Below are positions 9,001 through 17,903 of a stretch of DNA of 64,000 nt, in pieces (position 1 is the stretch's first letter; each line of letters begins with the position of its first letter). Below the pieces are notes generated by a model. It saw only the letters and a list, made by a program, of their open reading frames with translations. It was not told the DNA's origin and ran no database searches. A program made the translations under genes and the position numbers. The stretch comes from a virus (taxonomy: Duplodnaviria > Caudoviricetes), in IMG/VR virus record IMGVR_UViG_2883843030_000002, positions 16,370 to 80,369 of that record; one strand, given 5' to 3'.

Positions 9001-11249
9001 TCGTAGGCAACGATAGTGAAGTCTCGCTGGGCCGCTTCTGCGAAGTATGGAGTGAAGTCGAACTTGAACGTGTAGTTTGTCGCTGAGGTCGATGAATTCT
9101 GATTGACATTCTCGCTCCATAAGGAAAGCCCGGTTGTTGCGTCGATGATTTCGAGACGACGGATGACGCCCAATACCTCTGTATCGCCATCGAATGTAAC
9201 AGACTTAATGGCAGCATTTGCTATGATGTCAGAACCAAACGCTGCGTATATGGCAGGGTTCTCGAGGTATATAGAGAGCGTGGAGCCACTTGCGGAGCCC
9301 GAACCGGTGCTTTTGGGGAGCATGATGGGATCGCCCATTTCGTTGCCTCGCTTGTCAACAGCCTTGATTATATGGTTGTCGGCATCTTGGTCGAGGTCAA
9401 GATGGTCGAAAGCTGATTGTTGCATTTCGTAGGCCCCCCCTGTTGAAAATGCGTCTTTGCCACCGTTTTCGGGCTGGTCTGAGGTTTTTACAGCACCGCC
9501 GCCGCCAAACTCTTTCCAGAGTTCTTTGTTGGCAAAGTCGGTTACTTCTCCGGTAAATTGGTAGGTTTCCCATTTGTATTCTTCGGCACGAAATGTCAAT
9601 ATAAGACCACTCTTGGCGTAAGTGATGCCGGAAGACTGCTGTGTCGAGAGTATTGCATCAATGGCACTGTCTTTCGTGTAGTAGCCGGTTACGGTTCGGG
9701 GGCAGAGATTATCTACATTGATAATAGCCTCTGCGCCGGCGGACATCCCTGCAAGGTCTATCCAATTCTTGGTACTCTTGAACTGGGCCTCGGTCACGTT
9801 GGGACCGACATATTGATATGTTTTCCAAGAGCCAGCACTAATGGCGAATGTAATCTGCAAACCGAGCAATGCTTTGTCGGCTGCAAAAACTGCATTGAGG
9901 ACATTGTGAGTTTGTGTTTCAGCCATTATGTCCGAGTAATACTCTCCGTCTGGGAGGGGTATTTCTACCGTGGCGTTGAACGTATTGCCGACAGCTGCCC
10001 CACCTCCGCCAAATGGTTTCCATTGGGTGACGTCATTCCAATCGGCATCTTCGTCGAACACATTCTTCTGCCACTGGTATGCTACCCATTTGTATTTCTC
10101 CTCGCCATTACTGCCGAGTTCAGCCATGAGAAAGGTAACTACTGCACCATAGGCTTGGTAAGCTTCATCAACTGAGCTTACTGCACTCTGGAGTGTGTAG
10201 AATGGTTCGTCTGTGTCATAGAGCGCATTCAGGTTGAGGAACAGCGTAGCCATGAGCTGGTGGCTATGGTTCGACAACTGATTTCTATTCTCGATTGACT
10301 GCTCGTAGGCCTCTTTACCCTTGTCTCCGGGGAAAGCAGTGTTTGCGGTCTCTCCGAGCGCGAGGTCATTTCCGATTATTACGAGTTCACTACTACTCCA
10401 ACGAAAGGTCTTGTTGTCAGAGGTGCTGATATAAACTTTGCCAGACTCTGGGGTAACACCATCTGCTGTAACTACCCCAAAATTTTCCTTATCGGCCCAG
10501 TCAGAATAATACTTGAACACCGCCATGTTGAGTTCGAGGTGTCCTTCTTTATCAGTCCAGTAATCACTGAGTCCGGGACGGAGTATGCCACCAGGAATCG
10601 TAGGCGTTGACATTTCGACATCATCTGCCTGCACCGACGGAATGTCTGCCACCGTAGTTCCTCGGAGGGGACGCAGAACGCCGCCCCAGTCTATAACAGA
10701 ATCTTGAGCATAAATCGTACTTACTGCAAGTATGAACTTGTTTGTTTCCTTGTTATACACAAGCATTGCACCGGGCGTGGTTGACTTTGCGCCTGTCGGA
10801 GAGTCTTGGATTGTGATACCTTCGACCATAGCGTGAAACTCAACAACATCGTCAACGAAACCAGGAAGGTATGCTGCCGGCACTTTTGCGTTGGCATCGA
10901 GAGGAGCAATGCCGCTTGGCATACCTTTGGAATCGGTAACTTTCTTAGCTGCTTCGGCTGTACTTTTAGCTGTGTCGGCAGTAGACTGGGCCGCTGTTGC
11001 TTTTGTTTTTGCATCTTTGGCCTCATTGTATGCAGTAGTAGCCGTGTTTGATGCTACTGTTACAGCCTGTTGAAGCGTGTTGTCTTTAGATGCTCGTTCA
11101 CTCGTTTCTGTGGAAAGCGATTGGTCGACGTTCTCGATGATGTCAACAAGGACTTTTCCGACTCGCTCTGCCGTGTTTTTGCCCTCACCGTCCTCATATC
11201 TGATAAGGTCGGCTTGGTTTTTGAGATTGGTTTTATTATTCAGACCCAT
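3060..11249 (-). CDS. Giant tail fibre/receptor-binding protein, DGR target (three internal repeats, CotH-kinase-like region, LRR region, C-terminal CLec-like domain)
   Basis: 2729 aa; NTAERVG and LALGETANTAFPGDKG fibre-type motifs; GCNWE...SSRLAF CLec-type C-terminus containing the VR. Confidence 0.85.
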   Translation of the reverse strand: MGLNNKTNLKNQADLIRYEDGEGKNTAERVGKVLVDIIENVDQSLSTETSERASKDNTLQQAVTVASNTATTAYNEAKDAKTKATAAQSTADTAKSTAEAAKKVTDSKGMPSGIAPLDANAKVPAAYLPGFVDDVVEFHAMVEGITIQDSPTGAKSTTPGAMLVYNKETNKFILAVSTIYAQDSVIDWGGVLRPLRGTTVADIPSVQADDVEMSTPTIPGGILRPGLSDYWTDKEGHLELNMAVFKYYSDWADKENFGVVTADGVTPESGKVYISTSDNKTFRWSSSELVIIGNDLALGETANTAFPGDKGKEAYEQSIENRNQLSNHSHQLMATLFLNLNALYDTDEPFYTLQSAVSSVDEAYQAYGAVVTFLMAELGSNGEEKYKWVAYQWQKNVFDEDADWNDVTQWKPFGGGGAAVGNTFNATVEIPLPDGEYYSDIMAETQTHNVLNAVFAADKALLGLQITFAISAGSWKTYQYVGPNVTEAQFKSTKNWIDLAGMSAGAEAIINVDNLCPRTVTGYYTKDSAIDAILSTQQSSGITYAKSGLILTFRAEEYKWETYQFTGEVTDFANKELWKEFGGGGAVKTSDQPENGGKDAFSTGGAYEMQQSAFDHLDLDQDADNHIIKAVDKRGNEMGDPIMLPKSTGSGSASGSTLSIYLENPAIYAAFGSDIIANAAIKSVTFDGDTEVLGVIRRLEIIDATTGLSLWSENVNQNSSTSATNYTFKFDFTPYFAEAAQRDFTIVAYDAEGNVKRRTVTVTAVDVTCTSVQTINYTSSSVLEVGGSSKNLLMYKFANNVSKQGVKVMTEIYLDGEWKKLGEATITDSYSHSISIDPCNVLGGGERLEHGSYPIRISGEDVASGVKGNTIYSTIMCVDSKSNVPIVALRYNDVNNGIVRLYDNLELEIAAYTPGKEPTTVEVYMNGEEIISNDCYISQTYPIRKQIQGYDTDGSTIIQFYAKSGASQTSPISVRVVGSAISAIIKEGALFGYDFASRSNSEADHTITNNGYTMDVIGANWSSNGFATYLNENCLRIAENVKARIPYAPFGSAATERTNGMAFQFAFATNNVKDEDAKLMECYDPNSGAGFYICGNKIVVCCKNGTPSQITRSFRCSEKVTVGIVVEPSTITVNRGSTDYSTIKLYVDGEEIGAIGYVSNSGAILNQKQISFDGTDGDFYLYYTLAYDSYYEWAQAFQNYLCKLTDTNAMIAEFDAENVLDNQNRPSMDLLKEKGFPYYVVVAPQATFDSFDSDIDTKTNFLCTLYYFHPTLPWRSFKAENVRWRRQGTTSAKRPIKNDRFYLCKEKNWKITALNPDYTNADALKTYELFSIGYVRVIENSIPVAILTVKVDYSDSSMANDCGVCDMMNATFRALGSDYITPAQRAFDGTWSKSGISVTGLQMNHSTANHPIAAFRATNDSLSDAWFHARGNWKEDKGEQVALGFKDTSGYNKGCRNYGDFVEFFGKATFNSAGKFQSQETLTEIMARFKTTEGLDTSKLYLLSQYCGRDYIFMRHSGGEWARCTGSMKQVNGKWQIIGDVLNPVSGYELITYDAMDWFMGVGSIDDMMAPVETQSSWVSKLSLGQQSYPAWTQYFECMIDDDQLQEDLAMGRKVPYELFNVLKFCDSCDYSKAALSATWKQLWRDNAWRYMSIQSLLAYYTFTDYLAAVDQQAKNMQPMFFLEDGCWVENGEYHSPSAMEPIRMYFNKVYDCDTCNGKDNDGGNTIPAELDPAEDDKCYAGRGSILWNNLRRCDNQEMVANAMGGTLTLPGVVDLMRNLPEVDGIGAGPFSPKGANYYFVQKRIAFWPKVVCTFDCERKYIKYSELYTDIYYYALHGSGRQSLPRFIEQRWRIRDGYYQTGDFKDASHVLGGRIGAKTGAVIRFRAAKSGYFGIGNDGGNVTQGMYLKAGEQGTFTNFQHGDNILLYIYQADQMSEIDLSQISLDPNFQFSQMKLAEKIVIGSTNHRQSWRLSPGNTGFLTNMNLGDLPFLTHLDVRTTEVASINAAKCPRLESVLASGSELTNISTAETSPISTLELPATMTELNFINLPNLTYPGGLTIAGMSSVNRLMLAGCPNVDPYTLISGIVGSSNLRYLRLPDVNITAPSSILKSLRASGAIGLDPTGSAYEESNQCSGVTGRWIMEDLIDDTELDKTKPNSLAAYFPQLTLFNSQYSCVRFDDTDDDCQNITNLDNGTSKEDYEPSGHFVKIFDAAHPYRCTYDSRESKLLARQIMDTNYNLMANGTEYDPTDQAGEGFDVMLGFGLYWYKGVNDFKNQKKYLFACSFASLPLSTAMKTNRKKLADILVKAYSCVYTSNNGTALSKGEDYEIVDNANMNVYELEVEGMKQVRWPGLNNAQIGAVFVDENDKVVGTFNMAVSHSLFDFSIGDYVFCDVPSGAKKIVFTSPTGFDNLEAIAVDSAAIEAIEPDWVWVPMRFVGIYGMSVDALMRPRSISGVKTRTGTGTSVTNADWKYDNEGNITNTSVPTSTMNYTYADILNLIEMRGKGFHGISYEISKDIANLVMALTGTRDIQAYAGYGCGSQYVTGQNNFNSYGKVTRKYSGSNIGNIIFGIQNFVGCNWEVMDFIAANVPSFAQYKKDKRIATSSYPLDAKYHVVRNYQTKEESVIQGLNTSGYCIGRVKFGRYCDIIASRVTTDNSKWNKNYSDGYYYTNDRGRCVGRSYYSANANGGLVFSSAYYASSSSSTSVSSRLAFSGNFEIVESAESAA
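3103..3220 (-). repeat. DGR variable repeat (VR) at the 3' end of the target gene
   Basis: Encodes RCVGRSYYSANANGGLVFSSAYYASSSSSTSVSSRLAF versus TR RCVGRSNNNANANGGLVYSNANNASSNSNTNNSSRLTL. Confidence 0.97.
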
Positions 11250-11263
11250 AGTAAGATTGTTTT

Positions 11264-11779
11264 TTAACTTCCTATTTTGCGAATGGTGCAGCCACCAGCG
11301 GAGATCACTCGACGGTTACGTCCTGATTGGAAAAGATTTTGAGATTTACAAAAGGCAACACACTCGTTGAGATAGTGGTGTGCTACTTCAAGAGCGTTGT
11401 TGTAGCAATCTGACCGCTCTTTACTCGAAATTTCACGAGAGTAGTCGCCTTGCTTTACGACAGTGCCGAAGCGGGTACTTTGGAAGTCTCCTGTCATTAC
11501 ATTCTGCGCATACACATAGTATGAGAGTGCGACTTTGAGACCCATAAAAGACCGCATTTCTCCATTACAGTCATTGTATGTGCCGCCATTAAGCAGGAGC
11601 TTGTATATGTCGTTACTGTCGCCTTCGGCGAGGATTTTTAAGAACAACGCGTCTCCGAGTGCCGGCTTAATATTCATTTGCTCAGCTTCGGTGATGTATG
11701 CGAGTAATTTTGAATCTTCGACCTTACCGATGGGTCGGCCAAGTGTTACTACTTCTTCAGGGCTTATTATGTGCTCCAT
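11264..11779 (-). CDS. Putative head-tail adaptor (DUF6712-like)
   Basis: YITEAEQMNIKPALGDALF...GLKVALSYYVYA; follows portal. Confidence 0.65.
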   Translation of the reverse strand: MEHIISPEEVVTLGRPIGKVEDSKLLAYITEAEQMNIKPALGDALFLKILAEGDSNDIYKLLLNGGTYNDCNGEMRSFMGLKVALSYYVYAQNVMTGDFQSTRFGTVVKQGDYSREISSKERSDCYNNALEVAHHYLNECVAFCKSQNLFQSGRNRRVISAGGCTIRKIGS

Positions 11780-12956
11780 CGCTTTCGTTTGATTGGTTGC
11801 TCACATAGACCAAAGGCTGAATCGAGTAGTCACCGTTTGGGTTGACTTCTTCATACCAGTGGTCGAATATCTTTTTCAGTGCTCGAGATATGGCACGTCT
11901 CTCTTTGGCGACATACGAGTTGTAATACTCGTAGGCTTCTTTGACTGCCGTTCCACTCCAACCAGTCTTGCCAGTGCGTATGAGATACCATGGCTCTTGG
12001 CCGAAAGCTGAATAGATTCGCTCGGTCGTACTTTTTTCCGTAGAGTCGAACTTATCATCAAAGTTGGTGGATTCAAACGGAACAAATTCCGGCTTATCTT
12101 CTTCAGAATTATAGGTTACATCTATGATGGAACAGGCATTTACATCGCCTTGGAATGCATCAAGGCTCTTAACGAAGTCTATGTCGTCAAGAGTCGATTC
12201 ATTCCTTGTATCTCCATTATCATCAAGGCCGGTCGCCACCCCCTTTTTGTGCATGAGCATACCTGACATCAGGAAGTTATTTCGGGTGTTGCGATATTTG
12301 ACGTTATCCAGTCCTTCGTCTGTCGAAAGATTGGTCACCACTTTGTCGTAAATCGGTTTAGGATACTCGAAACGACCATCCATGGAGTACCAAAGAATTT
12401 GGCCCTTATATTTGTCAATACCGCCGGATTTGACGATTTGAGCAAGGATTACTTCTTTAATGGGATTGAACGTGTATATTTTATCCACATGTCCCTTATC
12501 CACAAGGATTTTATTACCCTTACGCGTCTTATGGCCAGTCCAGTCCGGATGTATATTTATGTAAGTTACCGATCCGCTTTCGGTTTCTTCCTCAAGACGA
12601 CAGTTTTGGAACGGTATATGGTTAAGTTCTACGATTTCGCAAGCAAGATTGTAATTGACATGAAGTGCGAAACCATGATATAATGCCATATCCTGAGCTA
12701 TAAGTCCCAATATATCGTCGACTGTATCTCCGGCTCTATTTACGACATATTCTGAAAAGTTGGTGTCGTTTAATCCGTTACCTTCTATGAATGTCTGATA
12801 GCGGTCACAACATCCTCCCCCTGTCGGACTATTCAATATCAAGTCTAGCATACGCTGAGGATATAGGTTATCCTTTCCGTATGCCTGGATATTGAGAGTA
12901 CTCCAGTAGGCGGTTGTGAGACGCTTGGGAGAACGTTTGACGCTATTTATATTCAT
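11757..12956 (-). CDS. Portal protein
   Basis: 399 aa; YGKDNLYPQ...SPT, HIPFQNCRL, YPKPIY motifs of Bacteroidetes phage portals. Confidence 0.8.
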   Translation of the reverse strand: MNINSVKRSPKRLTTAYWSTLNIQAYGKDNLYPQRMLDLILNSPTGGGCCDRYQTFIEGNGLNDTNFSEYVVNRAGDTVDDILGLIAQDMALYHGFALHVNYNLACEIVELNHIPFQNCRLEEETESGSVTYINIHPDWTGHKTRKGNKILVDKGHVDKIYTFNPIKEVILAQIVKSGGIDKYKGQILWYSMDGRFEYPKPIYDKVVTNLSTDEGLDNVKYRNTRNNFLMSGMLMHKKGVATGLDDNGDTRNESTLDDIDFVKSLDAFQGDVNACSIIDVTYNSEEDKPEFVPFESTNFDDKFDSTEKSTTERIYSAFGQEPWYLIRTGKTGWSGTAVKEAYEYYNSYVAKERRAISRALKKIFDHWYEEVNPNGDYSIQPLVYVSNQSNESDGAHNKP

Positions 12957-12962
12957 CGAGTA

Positions 12963-13775
12963 TTACTCGGTGTCCTTGGCACCGTTGTTTTTGAGCCGGG
13001 TGTTGGCTGCTTTGAGTGCGCGGTTGTCGGTTTTGAGGGTTGCGATTTCTTCGTTGGCTGCATCGAGATCGGCTTTTGCTGTTTCCAGTTCCATGCGAAG
13101 CAGAGCCACATCTTCGGACTCTACACCTTCTCCGTCCGAAGCCGTTTGATTGCCGGTTTTGGCATTGAGTTCTTCGATGCGCTTTTCGAGGTTGGTATTT
13201 TCCTCCTCGAGTTCTCTGACTTTGTTTTCAGCCTCTGTGCGCAATAATTCAGCTTTTGCGGCTGCTTCCTGCGCTTCTGTAAGTTGGACTTTAAGGTTTT
13301 CAATCTCTTCGGAATTATCTGCTGCCGGAGTAACTTTCTCTACTTCCTCATGAGTCTTTTTTGCTTCGATTTCCGCAACTTTCCGTTTTGCGAAAGCGGC
13401 GGCGCGTGCTTCCCAATCGTCAGGATAATGGGCATACTTGTTGATTTCATCGGGGAAATTGCTTAGGTGTTCCTCAGCCACTTCGTCGGATATGGGATTT
13501 GTATAAAATTTTGATGTGCCGAATGGGTGGATTAAGGCTCCGCCTTTGAGCACATAGTTTGGCGTCTTGGGCATGGTCTTTGTTTTTTTAAGATGGTTGA
13601 CAATGATGACGTAAGCGTCACGGTAACAATCGCTACAGCCGGTTTTGGTAATGTCCTTACCGAACAGCTTCCTGTGTAGCGAGTCAAGTAGCAACCTGTC
13701 TGAAGAAGAGAAGCCGCTCTGGAAACGGCTTCTCATTTCAGACAATCGCTGCATAGTATCTTCGTAACTACTCAT
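12963..13775 (-). CDS. Phage protein with CxxC N-terminal domain and coiled-coil C-terminus
   Basis: GCSDCYRDAY; heptad-rich C-terminal half; in structural operon. Confidence 0.6.
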   Translation of the reverse strand: MSSYEDTMQRLSEMRSRFQSGFSSSDRLLLDSLHRKLFGKDITKTGCSDCYRDAYVIIVNHLKKTKTMPKTPNYVLKGGALIHPFGTSKFYTNPISDEVAEEHLSNFPDEINKYAHYPDDWEARAAAFAKRKVAEIEAKKTHEEVEKVTPAADNSEEIENLKVQLTEAQEAAAKAELLRTEAENKVRELEEENTNLEKRIEELNAKTGNQTASDGEGVESEDVALLRMELETAKADLDAANEEIATLKTDNRALKAANTRLKNNGAKDTE

Positions 13776-13783
13776 ATGGCAGA

Positions 13784-14380
13784 CTATGAGCCGCTGACGA
13801 GAGATTCAAGGGCTGTGCGGGTTGCTGCAAGGCTTTCGGCATAGAGGAAAATGCCTGATGTGGGAGCATTCTCTTCCTGGAGTGTGGCAAGCCAACCGCC
13901 TTCGGTATCGTCAGAATACTTGTCGTCATCTAGGGCTGTAGCCGTGAGACCGGCTTCAAGTCCATAGATTTCAAAAGTATTCTTGTTGTCGGAGCCTGGG
14001 AATTTATTCTCCAGTACGACAACGAACGTACCATTGGCAAGCTGGTCTATGATGTTGTGGGACACATCAGGACCATTGTCCAGGATGACGATTGATACGT
14101 CTTTGTTGAATCGGTTTCGATATGTTCCGGCTGACAGAGTTTTCTTCGTGCCAGTGTAGGGACTCTTGCCGGGAACATACATTTTGTAGGCCTTTTTACC
14201 AGTCTTCAAAATGAGTGACTTCACGATGTTGGGATTCTGAGCGTCACGGGCGGCGGCCTCAAAATCGATGTCGTTGTAGTTCATGATGAAACCATACGAC
14301 TTGATACCTTTTACCGGCTTTACGGCACAGCTGGCCACCAGGTCGGCGGCCAACTGGTAATCACAACTTTCTGTAGCCAT
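13784..14380 (-). CDS. Putative major tail (tube) protein
   Basis: 198 aa after capsid; FVVVLENK...FEIYGLEAGL...GGW pattern. Confidence 0.6.
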   Translation of the reverse strand: MATESCDYQLAADLVASCAVKPVKGIKSYGFIMNYNDIDFEAAARDAQNPNIVKSLILKTGKKAYKMYVPGKSPYTGTKKTLSAGTYRNRFNKDVSIVILDNGPDVSHNIIDQLANGTFVVVLENKFPGSDNKNTFEIYGLEAGLTATALDDDKYSDDTEGGWLATLQEENAPTSGIFLYAESLAATRTALESLVSGS

Positions 14381-14391
14381 ATCTCCGAGAT

Positions 14392-15456
14392 TTAGATTGC
14401 AACCTGGACGAGCGCGTCTTCACCTACGAGAGTACCGATCTTAGATGCGGCGTAGATGTAGTTCTTGCGGTCCACGTCGTTGAATGTGACACTGAGGTTT
14501 GCGATTTTGTCCTTGTCGTTCGTACCCACGAAGAGATTCTCAGGGGAGCAGACGATAGCACGGTGCGGGCAGTTCAGGGCTGTACCGGTGTCCTCGTACT
14601 TGGCAATCATGCGGTCCCAGATGTCAATAGCATAGATGGGACGACCGTCATACTGCGAGAGGGTGATGCCGGCACCTACGTTCTCGAACGGCATTGTAGT
14701 TCGACCATAGCGTTCCACGATGTCGGTGCGGAGGGCCTTGAACAGCGACGAAGTGCAGAATATAGCGGACTTATCGTCATCAAAGATGCGGGAATCTGCG
14801 TCAGCCAAAAGATTGTCGAAAATTTTGATTGCGGTGCCCGCTGAGAGAATTCCGTCTTTCTGTTTTGCATAGGTGGCCTCAGCGTTGGCTGCAATTTCTG
14901 TTTGCTGCTTGCTGTTTGCTGCGATAATCGCCTGAAGACGCTTCCACAGACCGTCACACATATTGAAGAGGGTGGGATCCACTCCGGCTTTGAGAACACC
15001 TCCGCCGGCAATATTCTTGGCATCCTTGTCTCCGAACCACACGATACGCCAGAACATTTCGCGAATAGCTCTCTGGAGAAGTGGCATGAGCAAAACATCC
15101 CAATAGGGAGTGTCCTGAAGATAAGCACGTTCTGTGCCAGTGTTGAGGGAAGATTCTGCGATGGTATCCTCAAGGTCCTGATAGCAGATTTCCTTGGGGA
15201 TTTCCCAGTCGCCGAGTTCCCATTCCTTCTGAATGCCGGTGATGTTGACTTTGGAGTAGGTCGGGTCGCAACCGCCACCTTTCTGGCCAACGTCGCCGAG
15301 GTCGTTGATGTAGCCGAGCTTTTCACCGTTCTTTACACCAGTTTTGGTGGTTACAGTCAGGTCGATGTCGGGATCATCAAACACCGTGAGGAAGAGCAAT
15401 TCGCGAAGGTCCGTGATTGCCCCGTTGTCTACGGTAAATTGACTCCAGTTTATCAT
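14392..15456 (-). CDS. Major capsid protein
   Basis: 354 aa directly after protease/scaffold; GCDP, ICYQDL, WFGD, CDGLWK motifs. Confidence 0.8.
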   Translation of the reverse strand: MINWSQFTVDNGAITDLRELLFLTVFDDPDIDLTVTTKTGVKNGEKLGYINDLGDVGQKGGGCDPTYSKVNITGIQKEWELGDWEIPKEICYQDLEDTIAESSLNTGTERAYLQDTPYWDVLLMPLLQRAIREMFWRIVWFGDKDAKNIAGGGVLKAGVDPTLFNMCDGLWKRLQAIIAANSKQQTEIAANAEATYAKQKDGILSAGTAIKIFDNLLADADSRIFDDDKSAIFCTSSLFKALRTDIVERYGRTTMPFENVGAGITLSQYDGRPIYAIDIWDRMIAKYEDTGTALNCPHRAIVCSPENLFVGTNDKDKIANLSVTFNDVDRKNYIYAASKIGTLVGEDALVQVAI

Positions 15457-15486
15457 AATTTCTGGTTAAATGGTTACACGATTGGT

Positions 15487-16812
15487 TTACTTTTTACCAC
15501 GTTTCTCGCGTTTTGCGGTGGTAGCCTCGCGGCGTTCACGGATAGCCTTCTGAGTCTTTGACTCAGTGGGTGTCGCTTGGCCTCCACCGGCGGGTGCTCC
15601 ATGAGAAACGAAGCGGCGGTTGGTAGGGGTGAAAGATGAGCGCATGCCGATGGTTGCGTCAAGCCATGCCATGCCTCCGGCCTTGTTGACTTTAGCAACG
15701 ATGGGACGGGCACTCTTGAGCTCTGTTTCCTGCTTTTCAATGGTCGCCTGCAGCTCTTCGACAGTCGCCTGCAGCTCTTCCACCTGTGGTGCATTCTCTT
15801 CGGGAGAGGCGTCCGGGTCGATTTCTTTGAGGCGTCCGGTGAGTTCAGCGATGATGGCGCGAATCTCGTCAGGGTCGTCCATAGAGTCGATGGGGTCGGG
15901 TTCGTCGTCATTCTGCTCGGGATCGATGATGTCGGTGATGATTTCACCTTCGACTACGACCTTTACGCCGTCGTCGAGAACATAGGTACCGTCAGGATAG
16001 GCAACGTCGCCAATCTGCGGATCGCCGTCTTCACGTTCTACCGTGAACTCATTGCCGTCGGCTGCAGTCACAACCTGGGCTTTCGCACGAGCGATGCCGG
16101 CTTTGGCAAGAAAGCGAGCGAAAGCAGAGGGCTTCTTTTCAGCAGGGCTACCTGCTTGGGGTTTGGGTTTAGCCATAGTTTTGTTATTGGTTTGAGATTT
16201 GATATTTCGTTTCCTAAGTCTGTGAGCGGTCGTGGGTACGAGAATGTGGCTGATAAAACCAAGTTCTTGGGCGCGGTCTGCGTCGATGAACGTGTTCTTA
16301 TCCATGAGAGCTTGTAATGCTTTGCGATTGGCTCCAGTACGTTCCACATAGAGATCCAAAATGCGGTCTTGCTCTTCACGCAGTGCTTTTGACTGCACTT
16401 CGAGCTCAGTAATAAGAGCATCGAGCTTATCAGGTGTGTAGCGGAGAGGCAGGTCTGTCATCAGATACTCGTATGCTGGATTGTGCAAGCACATACGCAT
16501 ATTCTTGTTTGCGTACCGCCGTTCAGCAGGTGCTGCAAGAAGTATTACTGAGGCGATGGAGGAACATTCGCCCTCAACCGTTGCAGATACGGTCTTACCC
16601 GACCGGCGGAGAGCATCGTAGATAGCCCAACCCTCACCACAGTCGCCGCCGCAGCAATGAATTCGCACGTCGATGACGTTGTCATCTTCCGGTATAGCGT
16701 CGATGAACTCCTGCACGTCTTTGTAGCAAACCCCCTCGGGGCCGCCCATAGACACCGTGAAGGTCTTCTGTTCCTCGTCCACTATGTCGCTGTAGATTTT
16801 GAGTTTTGCCAT
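15487..16812 (-). CDS. Clp-type prohead protease with scaffold-like C-terminus
   Basis: IHCCGGD, CSSIAS, HNP, AQELGF ClpP motifs; likely start MAKLKIY at 16812. Confidence 0.88.
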   Translation of the reverse strand: MAKLKIYSDIVDEEQKTFTVSMGGPEGVCYKDVQEFIDAIPEDDNVIDVRIHCCGGDCGEGWAIYDALRRSGKTVSATVEGECSSIASVILLAAPAERRYANKNMRMCLHNPAYEYLMTDLPLRYTPDKLDALITELEVQSKALREEQDRILDLYVERTGANRKALQALMDKNTFIDADRAQELGFISHILVPTTAHRLRKRNIKSQTNNKTMAKPKPQAGSPAEKKPSAFARFLAKAGIARAKAQVVTAADGNEFTVEREDGDPQIGDVAYPDGTYVLDDGVKVVVEGEIITDIIDPEQNDDEPDPIDSMDDPDEIRAIIAELTGRLKEIDPDASPEENAPQVEELQATVEELQATIEKQETELKSARPIVAKVNKAGGMAWLDATIGMRSSFTPTNRRFVSHGAPAGGGQATPTESKTQKAIRERREATTAKREKRGKK

Positions 16813-16845
16813 TGCAGGATTGGTGTTGTTAGTATAATTCAATGT

Positions 16846-16853
16846 CAAAGTTA
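16846..16853 (-). promoter_or_regulatory. Bacteroidetes -7 promoter element for the head operon
   Basis: TAACTTTG (TAnnTTTG) about 35 nt upstream of the Clp ATG. Confidence 0.5.
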
Positions 16854-17071
16854 AGCATGGATTATGAGCTATAAATCAAGGTCTTATGAGAATGAGGTGC
16901 AATGATTGATGCAGTGCTTTTAGGGGCGATTATCGGACGCCAAATATTTATGTATCAAACACTTCGCAAGAATGGCAAATGTGTCGTAAGAATATCACCG
17001 GTGAGAGGCGGGCAGTCCTCGTCGAAACCACTATTTTCAGGTTATGGTGTGTTTCCAAAACAAAATGAAAC

Positions 17072-17100
17072 AAAAAAGGCCCGGCGATATGCCGAGCCTT
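17072..17100 (-). terminator. Rho-independent terminator ending the accessory island
   Basis: Minus strand AAGGCTCGGC-ATATC-GCCGGGCCTT followed by a T tract. Confidence 0.75.
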
Positions 17101-17144
17101 GTCAGTGAAATAACAGTTTCACTCGTTTATGTATTTTGTTGAGT

Positions 17145-17441
17145 TTATTCCTCTCCCGCTGGTGTGAATTTAAGTTCGCAATCGAACATTCCGATATAGT
17201 CGGCCTGATCAATTATTTCTATATCTCCGGTAATGGCATATCTGCCTTCGGATGTTCTTTCCACATCAAAGTATAATTGGTAATCCATTTCGTCAATGGC
17301 TACTGATAGAATTGAACCGTCCGCAGATGCAATTCGAGCACAGTAAACAGCTATTATTTCTTGGAGGGATCTCGTGGAAATATCTTTTTTGATTTCTACG
17401 AGCCTAACAGTCGCTGATTTTATGATACTATCGATGTCCAT
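17145..17441 (-). CDS. Hypothetical phage protein
   Basis: 98-aa ORF abutting the upstream gene. Confidence 0.6.
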   Translation of the reverse strand: MDIDSIIKSATVRLVEIKKDISTRSLQEIIAVYCARIASADGSILSVAIDEMDYQLYFDVERTSEGRYAITGDIEIIDQADYIGMFDCELKFTPAGEE

Positions 17442-17893
17442 TAGAAAGTTGGGAATTGGTAATTGGCGAAGAGTGATACCCGCTTTGTCATGATGTCTTT
17501 CAATATGGGGATGAACTCGTTTAACTGTACCGCGATAATCTGAAGCCTTTCACAATCATCCTTATCGAGCATGCTTAGAGCGGGGTTGGACGCAATGTCG
17601 CATAGCCCGTTTCTGATGGCGGACAAATGGAGCAAAGATGTTGCCAAACACATTCTGCCTTGAGGCTCTTCGGGACTCATGCAGTTCGTAAGACCTTCGG
17701 CAAGTTTCTTTTGAGCTTGGTGCGCGGATATCCGTGTTATACCTTTACCCTCGCCGGGCCACCTATGAGCGTGTTGCTCGACGATATACGTTGTGCCGTC
17801 AGAAACAAGGTGTTTAGCTCCTACGATGGTCTTTTTGCGTGGAGCCCGGCGTGTAACTTCGGTGGTTACAATAGTTGTTGTAGTTTCTTTCAT
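17441..17893 (-). CDS. Hypothetical phage protein
   Basis: 150-aa ORF in operon. Confidence 0.6.
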   Translation of the reverse strand: MKETTTTIVTTEVTRRAPRKKTIVGAKHLVSDGTTYIVEQHAHRWPGEGKGITRISAHQAQKKLAEGLTNCMSPEEPQGRMCLATSLLHLSAIRNGLCDIASNPALSMLDKDDCERLQIIAVQLNEFIPILKDIMTKRVSLFANYQFPTF

Positions 17894-17903
17894 ATGTTCG
17901 GAT

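Noticed and set aside
15744-15781. Short tandem duplication tcgcctgcagctcttc
   Set aside because: Encodes EELQAT heptads of the scaffold coiled coil; ordinary coding repeat
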